Positions 56,082 to 64,000 of a stretch of DNA of 64,000 nucleotides are shown here, in pieces. The stretch spans positions 1 through 64,000 of the forward strand of contig ADNK01000060.1 in assembly GCA_000320545.1 (NCBI GenBank). The letters run 5' to 3'. Below the pieces are notes generated by a model. That model was not told the DNA's origin, made no database searches, and saw only the letters and a program-made list of their open reading frames with translations. Made by a program: the position numbers and the translations under genes. Source of the stretch: Bigelowiella natans CCMP2755. Its lineage: Eukaryota; Protista; Cercozoa. How positions within the stretch are numbered: position 1 is the stretch's first letter; each line of letters opens with the position of its first letter.

Positions 56082-56189
56082 TAACCAATTTATATCTTCA
56101 AATTTACTAAGATTCTCTCGATCGATTTTTCAATTTGTCTACCGCATAGACAGGAACAACAGCAGTGTATTTAGTCATACATCAACACT

Positions 56190-57240
56190 GATTACTGCAG
56201 CAGATGTTACTATATATAGCTACGCACAAAATTTACATGCTTATGCGAATGCATACATGCTGCTGCTGCTGCTGCTGGCGCGTGCACGATGATGCAGCAT
56301 ATGTGTACGTAATCACAATGATAGCAATGCTTGCGCGTAGCACGGTGGGTCATCAGATACAAGTATCGAGCATTGATAATGGCGTAGCACATAATCATGG
56401 CACAAATCCGACTATAGCTGCGATACCATCTGCTAGCACGTCATGCACGTTTAGACACACGCCACATACATCCACAGTCACATGTGTCGTACCTGCCACA
56501 TGTGCACGACAGAGGCGTCCTAGCTACAATGCCGATATACCTGCTAGCCTGGTGCGTACATGCTAGCATGCGCTAGTAGTACGTATATGATGACGACGGA
56601 TGCATAAGCAATCATGTAAATTAAAATTGTTCAATGGACAGCCATCCTCATTTAGCTGTGCAATGCAGCTAGCTAGGCAGCTACAGCACAGATGTAATTA
56701 CATATAGCATTGCATGAGATCGAATTGATCGACATATCTAGATATGGTAAATAGTCGGGGTCACGTCACGTCAGTCCAACGGATGACTACGATACATTCT
56801 AGTATTGTGACGGTGTGCACTGTACTGCTTGCCCCAATCGATGACAGGGCGGGGTGACGACGAGCGCGTGAATGGCCAGCACATGCTAGCATGGCTATAA
56901 TAAATGGTGCGCAGCACCATGTCACGTCGCTGTGTACGCAAGGCTAGAAGGCCTACGCACTTAAATATGCATTGCGAATGATGCTGCTGCAGGATGCGTA
57001 GGATCAAATAATTGCACGCACGCATGTGCGGCGGGAATTAGGGTTCTCATCGTAGCATACAGACTTAAGTCTACATGGCAGAGGATGATCATGCGTCTTG
57101 ACGTTGCGTTAATGTGTTGTATGTTATGATGGCATTAGCGTGCAGCCTGATGTCACATTTGATTACAGATCGTTCCATTCATAGCATATGCACGCAACTA
57201 GCCATATAATTGAGACAGAATAATTTGTGCAAAGTAATGA
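56190..57240. other. Purine-pyrimidine-alternating, short-palindrome-rich spacer between convergent genes
   Basis: Dense GCATGC, TAGCTA, TACGTA, CACGTG, TGCA and ACATGT. The same texture occurs at ~12590-13060, ~19950-20780, ~30800-31400 and ~39480-39800. Confidence 0.7.
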
Positions 57241-57381
57241 ATAATAAATAATGAATTATTCGACAGAAAATGGCATTTGAGCAAAGTGATAATCACAATT
57301 GATGACGCACTGCTTAGTGCTCGCGAATGTAGCTAACTGTAACATCATCATCATCATCTTCTTCTTCTTTATTATCTTATC

Positions 57382-58400
57382 TTATGCGAGAGCCTTTTCA
57401 ACTTCATCCACATCATCAGGGGATCCAATGAACACAGGACAACGCTGGTGAACCTACAAAATATTATAACAACATCCTCAGTATTAATTTTCAATGCCCA
57501 GCAAGACGTTGCATTCAACTAACTCATTCATATATTCATTTTTTCATTATGCTTCAAATCGTCGTCGTCTATCTATCACCTTATCAGGAACTAAGTCCAA
57601 CACACGTCCACCAGGTCCAGTAATAGATTTTCCACCCTAATTCATGAAATAAGTAATCACGATGACGGTGATGACAAATTTCGGAGGATGAAAATTTAGT
57701 AGCAGGATTATTTGGAGGTGAAGGAGGGACGAGGTTGCAGACAAATACAAACTTCGCGTATTAAAGGGGGGGGCGATGAATATTTGTATTAACATAAAAA
57801 TCAACCGCACCGCGGAAACTTATTATCAAAATGAATCCATCATCATCATAACCATATTGATCATAATCATTATCATTAAGTATGAGCAGGAAGAGCATGA
57901 GCACCGCTTGTTCGAAGATAAGGGACATTGGAGCAGCTTCGTACAGAAGGCGAAGTTTTCCGTTGACGTTCTTCTTATCTCCAGGGTAAGCGAAGATGCC
58001 TCCATAGAGAAGGGTACGGTGCACATCTCCGACCTGTCACAGAAACAATAACACCAACGAATCAATCAATCATGGAGAAGGAGTAACGAAGGATAGACAA
58101 TCATATTTAGACAGACAGACCGACCGACTTTAGAGGAAACATATGAATAGATTATGATTTGCAGAAAATATACCATGGATCCGATGTAGCGAGAGCTGTA
58201 CTTTTCTCCAGTTTGACCTTCTCCCTTCTTAAGGTTATCAACGTAGGTCTGAAGCTTAGGGTCCCAATCGAAGTAGTTTGCTTCGTTCATAGAATAGATC
58301 TTTCCACGGCTAGGAATCTGTGACATCAATCATAGGAGTAAAGTCAGATATTCATATAATATTATATATTTACTGGCAGGTAATCGAGAAGAAAAAGGTG

Positions 58401-58434
<34 letters not shown>

Positions 58435-60151
58435 GTCATAGATACAGCATACAAAGCCAGCATCCGACGACGATGCTGCTATTATTACCTGGATATTAGG
58501 ATGGGTGAGGATGAACTCTCCAATGGAAGGGTCAAGAGTAAATCTAATATATGATATAAAACGTCAAGTAAAACTCACGATATTTTGTTTATATATGATA
58601 TAAAACGTCAACTGAAATTCACGATATTTTGTTTGCGTGCTCTGTAATCCATATTTCATTAGTAAAACAAATAAACATCAGCATCATCAACAAATAATAA
58701 CAACAAAAATTACCCATTGAGCCCGTCTCCGGTGGTGAGAACAAGGATGGTGGAGGACGAATACATGCAGTATCCAGCAGCAACAAGGTTAGTTCCAGGT
58801 TGAAGTGTTGCCTCCAAACATTGCTGCTCTGCAATACTGAGATTATCAGAATCCCCGATCAAGCACTCTTCTGGAGCTTTGAACACTCCGAAGATAGTTC
58901 CAGTGGAAATTGCAGCATCAATATTGGAAGATCCATCGAGCGGATCGAAAGTAGCAACATATTCGCCGGAGTAAAGTTCATCAACGACAACTGGATTATC
59001 TTCCTCCTCAGAGGCAATTACTCCAAGTTTTCCAGAAGAACGAAGGGCAGACTTTAGTACATCGTTAGAAATGACATCAAGTTTCTTCTGTTCCTCGCCT
59101 TGAACGTTGACTGATCCACCACCTTCAGCCAGACCTGTAGATCCGGAGATTCCTAGGTTGTAGTAGTAATAAAAAATGAAGAATAATCCTCATTTCGGTG
59201 CGCTGCAATGAGCGGCGACTGCACATGATCAACAATCACTCCAACCAACCTGCAGTTTGCACCATGGATGCAATGCGTTTGCATGCAACTGAGATGGAAG
59301 AAATCAAACGAACCATGTCCTCCTGCCTGCATAAACATCAATGACATAGATGCTAATTTTAGATATTGTCATTAAGTTTCAGAATCCTCAAGGAAACAGC
59401 AGCAGTTCCTTGATTCTTAGTACAAAGCGTGGTCATAGCCCCACAAAGAGGGAGGTGAGGGACAACTTCTAACACACTTCTTCTCTTACATCTTAATCTA
59501 CTTCCTCCTACTATAACCGACTATTACCCAGGAGTCTTGCTCTTCATTGCCTCCTCAATCATGAATCTTGTTAATGTGACAGTTCCGTCATCAACGATAG
59601 TACCAGCAGAGCTAAGAGTACCAGCCAAATGCATATCAGAACCAAGTAAGTATAATACTTTGTAAATTTTCTGAAAAGCGACGATGAAGTCTACAAATTA
59701 GTATTTAGGTTTACTCTTGGACAGGGGAGGGTGCGACACTGGATCTGAGGTGGAAAAAGAAGATGGTCGTCAAATATGCAGTTTCTATTTATGTAAATTT
59801 TCTTTATCCTTCTTCTACACATTATTTTGTTTCTTGTGATCATACCTAACAGCAGCACGACGACCAGCCTGAGAGAAAGGGTTACTGCTCTTGACTGACA
59901 TGTGCATGCCACGGGTGTGCACAGATGGCGCTGCGAATGTGCGAGCCGCAGTCATGGTGGAAGACAGCACACCTCCGCGAAAGAGCTGTTATTCAATCAA
60001 GAGGTAAGATAAAATGATGGCTCGGCGGAAGAGAATTACGCGAAATTACCACGGCAGCCATGGTGAGTCCCAGAACTACGTTCATGATGACGCTGTAAGT
60101 CGTGATGCGGCGGCGCGCATTCGAGGATGAGGCAGGAACAGGAGTGTACAT
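57382..60151 (-). CDS. FBP: Plastid-targeted fructose-1,6-bisphosphatase (class I) with bipartite presequence
   Basis: [101 protein letters not shown]. Leader [34 protein letters not shown]|[22 protein letters not shown]... Confidence 0.93.
58547..58634. repeat. Two-copy 44-bp tandem duplication in an FBPase intron
   Basis: atatatgatataaaacgtcaagtaaaactcacgatattttgttt is repeated with a few substitutions. Confidence 0.9.
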
Positions 60152-60830
60152 CTGTAATTGTTGGAAGAAGAGGAGGTGAAATGATATGAAGGGAGTGGCA
60201 AAACTCGATGCGCACGAACAGCAGCACCTCCACCACCTTCACGTGATAGCGTGTTTGTGTTGATGTCCTCGTCGCCGGGAGGATACCGAAAGATTGCTTG
60301 TAGCTGGTAGCCGCCTGCGTTTTGCCGATGCATCATCTTCTAAGAGAAAAGATACACAGAAAAAAACTCACGAGAGGAATAGGATTTTTGATCTGCGACA
60401 TCACACATACATGACAAAGTTAAAAAAACGTACTTCGACAGCACTTACGGTCACGTCACCAAACCACCAAATGAGCCTTTTCTCGCTGTTTCGACCGAAT
60501 AATTTATCTTTTTTTAATAATTACTAAAGCGGCAATCAGAAAGTGCAGCTGATGAGAGATTCTCGGAGATGATGCCATGTATTATTGTCGTCTCTCTCCG
60601 TAGCACACATTACATGTATGCAGAATTTGGCTCATGACGTAGGAAGAAAATTTCCTGTATTTAAAAAAACAAACAAACAATTCTTCTTGGGTTATGGCGG
60701 GCCGAAGCCGGGCAGAACAACATGTGCTTGGGTAGTGAGGAAGGGGTGGGCAGAACAGGAGGCAGTGAAGGAAGCTTAAACAAGAGAAAGAGGCATAGCA
60801 TAAGCTGTGATCATCTCACAGTTTTGTAGT

Positions 60831-62523
60831 ATGTCCCCCCATTCCTCACGGCTGGCAGTCATTATAATCATAATCTCTCAAGTTGTAGTTCTCCTACAAA
60901 TACTCCTGCTGCAACCTCTTACCATAAGACTTGACCATCAGGAGCAACAGCAGCAGCAACAACAACCTGCTAAAATTTTAGACGTCAAGATTCGAGGAAG
61001 GATCGCAGGAATGCATCTCAGAGGACACCCCCCCCCCTTTCTTCTTCATGGATTTTACCGACTTCATGGTGGAAGTGCCGATCCTTTGGGAGGAAGATCA
61101 GACAACACAAATCAAAACGAAGTTATTGCTTCTCTGGAGCGTGAAGCACAGAGATGGCAGGCAAGTGGAGACCTGCTGCGCTCAGTATCGATTTACAAAC
61201 GGATTCTCGAATTTAGCGGCTTATCTACCAGTTCAAGAGCCCATGTAATTACGTGAATCCAATGTTTTCTTTTTACAACAACATGAGCCCATGTAATTAC
61301 GTGAGAATCCAATGTTTCTTTTTGCAACAACAACAACAACATGAGGAAGTGGGTTATTCTTACATCCTACGAATGTGTGAGCAGCTTCACAACTCAATTG
61401 GGGCCTTGAAATACATGCTGGGGGAACATTCTGCCGCAAAGATCGAGTAAGGAAGTTAGTTGACGGCGGTTAACACGAACATTAATGGCTGTTAAACACA
61501 CATGCAAGCATATATTTACCCCAGCCTAGACAGTATAAAATGCATACACGTATTCATTAGACTCCCCTGAAACTCCTCCTCCTCCTCCAATGCTGATCAA
61601 TTAATGTGCCGTGTTCTGATACTACAGATATGCGAAGGCAATAGACATTGATCATACTGCATGCTCTGAAGCGTATCTTAACATGGCTGCCCTGCTGCAT
61701 GATCGAGAAAATAAGACGAGAGAAGCTCTTAAGTAAGTACATAGATATCACAGAGGACATGGTGGACAGAACAACGATGCAGACACTACTACTCGACTGG
61801 GTTGAATATACTGATGGGAGGGGGAGAAAGAGAGTTTTTATTGTGGTGACAAGCAACCGTTGTTATATGTGCTATCATCTCTATCAAGATTTTGCGCAGA
61901 GGCCCTGGCTCTATCTCCCAGAAACGCAGAAATTCATGGGTACTACGGGGTGGTGGTGATGGTGGTGGTGGAAATATATGCACGAATCCCAAAGCATTAC
62001 TATCAAAGCATAACGAAAGATCACGCATGTACCCCCCCCCTTACAGACACAAATACACACACAAACTATTTATTTATATTTGAATATTGTCATAGTTATT
62101 AAACTCGGTGTGTGTGTGTGTGTGTGTGTGTAATTGTAGACTGATGGGAAATATATTAGAGTCAATGGGTCGCAGAGCTTCTGCAAGGGTGTTATACTAC
62201 TTCTGCTACTACTACAAACTTATTATTACATCATTGCCATCACACTTCCTCCTCCAGCACCTAGAAATTACCATCATCCACAACAGAAAACAATTGTCAA
62301 GATAGTCTCTCTGACATTGCATCAGAAGCGGTGAAATCAACTGATAGTAGTCTTCGATTCTTATGAAGTTACTGCTTTCTCACCACTTGTTGTTATTATC
62401 AGAGGTACTGGAACAGTGCAGAAGCTCTTGCAAGGCAAATGTCGCAGGTATATTTGTAATTTATGATTGGGATGTTGTCAACGTATACTGGAGAAAATAT
62501 GATGTTTTTCGCAACTTATTTTC

Positions 62524-62585
<62 letters not shown>

Positions 62586-62949
62586 CCCGCCTCTTAACTT
62601 CCCTCCTGTGACCTTCCTATCTGGCGTCATCATCATCGTCTTCATCATCGTCTCCCAGGCTGTTAATCGTGCATATGATACGCCAAAAACTCTTCGCGGC
62701 ATGACGGTAGCGAAAACATCATTAAGAATAGGAGAAGAAGCAGCAGAAGCAGCAGCTCGATGTCTTGCTTACATACCTATGGGTCTTCTCCCGAACGCTA
62801 CAGCCCCTACTGCGAGCTCCTCTCCTCCTCCTCCTTCTCCTCGCATGATACAGGTTACGCGTTAAAAGTGGTTAGGAACTGTCGGTACTATTATGACTCT
62901 TGCTGCTTAACTTATCATCAATAGGAAGAAGGAGGGGCGAAACTAGTGA

Positions 62950-62984
<35 letters not shown>

Positions 62985-63275
62985 ATGATGGTAGCATCTA
63001 CTAGCTGTGTCGCTGCTTAATAGTTCTCGTTTCATATTGTTCGCGCCAATAAATTACTTTTTGATTCATTTTGGTGTGTTTTTCAATCGTCGTCGTCGTC
63101 GTCGTCGTGTACCTGTATGCTTTCATCCCTTCCGAGGATAGGTGTTGAGGCTAAGTAGCAACGTCAGAGCTTTCTTGATCAAAGGGTTCTTGAACTCGTC
63201 TGAATGCTTGCATATCATGGTATTGAAAGAAACGATTTATGTCTATCATGCTTTTTTAATATTTGAAATGTAATC

Positions 63276-63321
<46 letters not shown>

Positions 63322-64000
63322 CGTGTGTGTGTGTGTATGTGTGTGATTATTTAACGTATGATTTATAGATGTGTTTGCGTGAGTCTGTTTGTAGAAGCAG
63401 TGTTAACAATGAAAAATGTTGTTGGTTTGAAAATCAATCAAAAGGACAAAGCTAGAAGGCTCCTAAATCCATCAGAAATTGTAAAACACACTTTTCGAGC
63501 AGTATTAACTGGAAAAACTTACTGTGACATGTAGCTGCCTCTATGATTACTTTTATTCTATTTAATTATTGATTGATGCTGACAAGGTTTCTTTTGGCGG
63601 TTGCAAAGATAAAGAAGGTGGAAGAAGATTCTCAGAAACAGCCTGGGTTATTTACCAACCTTCTACTGCGTGGACAAACTACTACACATAAATTTATAAA
63701 CGTTATATTATCTTGATATGTATGATAATGTGCGAATAGACTGGCAATACCAACATATCTGCTTTAATAGTACTGTAAATATTCCCTGATTTGATGGTGG
63801 CCTTTTGGTCAGTCAGATCCCCCTCTGATGTATTGTAAGCACACAAGTATACTCTTCTTAGGTCAACAGCAGAAATGATCCGATTCTAAAAGGCATTGAT
63901 GTAAGTAAAATTGAAGATCGAAGATGTAGTGATGATTGTAGTCGTGGTGGTGGTAGTAGTTGTTATATTGGGTTGACAAGGATAATAAGGGTGAAGAAGA
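60831..64000 (+). CDS. Signal-peptide + TPR + prolyl 4-hydroxylase-like (2OG-Fe(II) oxygenase) protein, 3' end outside window
   Basis: Hydrophobic N terminus (LAVIIIIISQVVVLLQILLL). TPR-like exons LHNSIGALKYMLGEHSAAKIE, YAKAIDIDHTACSEAYLNMAALL, AEALALSPRNAEIH. Exon ~63139-63219 VLRLSSNVRAFLIKGFLNSSECLHIM matches the P4H N-terminal motif; ~63586 exon RRFSETAWV. Confidence 0.7.
61237..61345. repeat. Two-copy ~48-bp tandem duplication spanning a probable splice donor
   Basis: gagcccatgtaattacgtga(ga)atccaatgttt(t)cttttt..caacaacat repeated; units start at 61237 and 61285. Confidence 0.9.

Noticed and set aside
1-64000. CRISPR arrays, tRNA/rRNA genes, telomeric arrays, prokaryotic operons
   Set aside because: No repeat-spacer periodicity, cloverleaf, rRNA-like or (TTAGGG)n tract was recognised by eye, and genes are spliceosomal. 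A tRNAscan-SE or Infernal run would be needed to exclude small ncRNAs.

Overview
Intron-rich, microsatellite-rich eukaryotic nuclear DNA, most likely from a chlorarachniophyte alga (Rhizaria). The taxon is inferred from a plastid-type FBPase with a signal-peptide plus transit-peptide-like leader occurring alongside flagellar genes. About 12 spliced genes were reconstructed by hand: a tyrosine-kinase-like kinase (5' truncated), WDR60/DYNC2I1, a UBA-domain protein, CFAP418/C8orf37, a nitronate-monooxygenase/NQO-family flavoprotein, glutathione synthetase, a Pro/Cys-rich surface protein, RABL6, TXNDC9, an inner-arm dynein heavy chain (DNAH2-like), plastid FBPase and a TPR + prolyl-4-hydroxylase protein (3' truncated). 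The most unusual signal is two sharply bounded patches (~6.08-7.6 kb and ~15.8-16.5 kb) almost stripped of TpA dinucleotides while CpG is retained. In the first patch's core, surviving TpAs are almost all CTAG or otherwise G/C-flanked. That patch also holds a decayed Polinton/virophage-type rve integrase with Tyr->His changes. Together this suggests TpA->CpA/TpG hypermutation of foreign or silenced DNA, the mirror image of fungal RIP. Exon boundaries and dinucleotide counts were done by eye and are approximate. No tRNA, rRNA or CRISPR was recognised.
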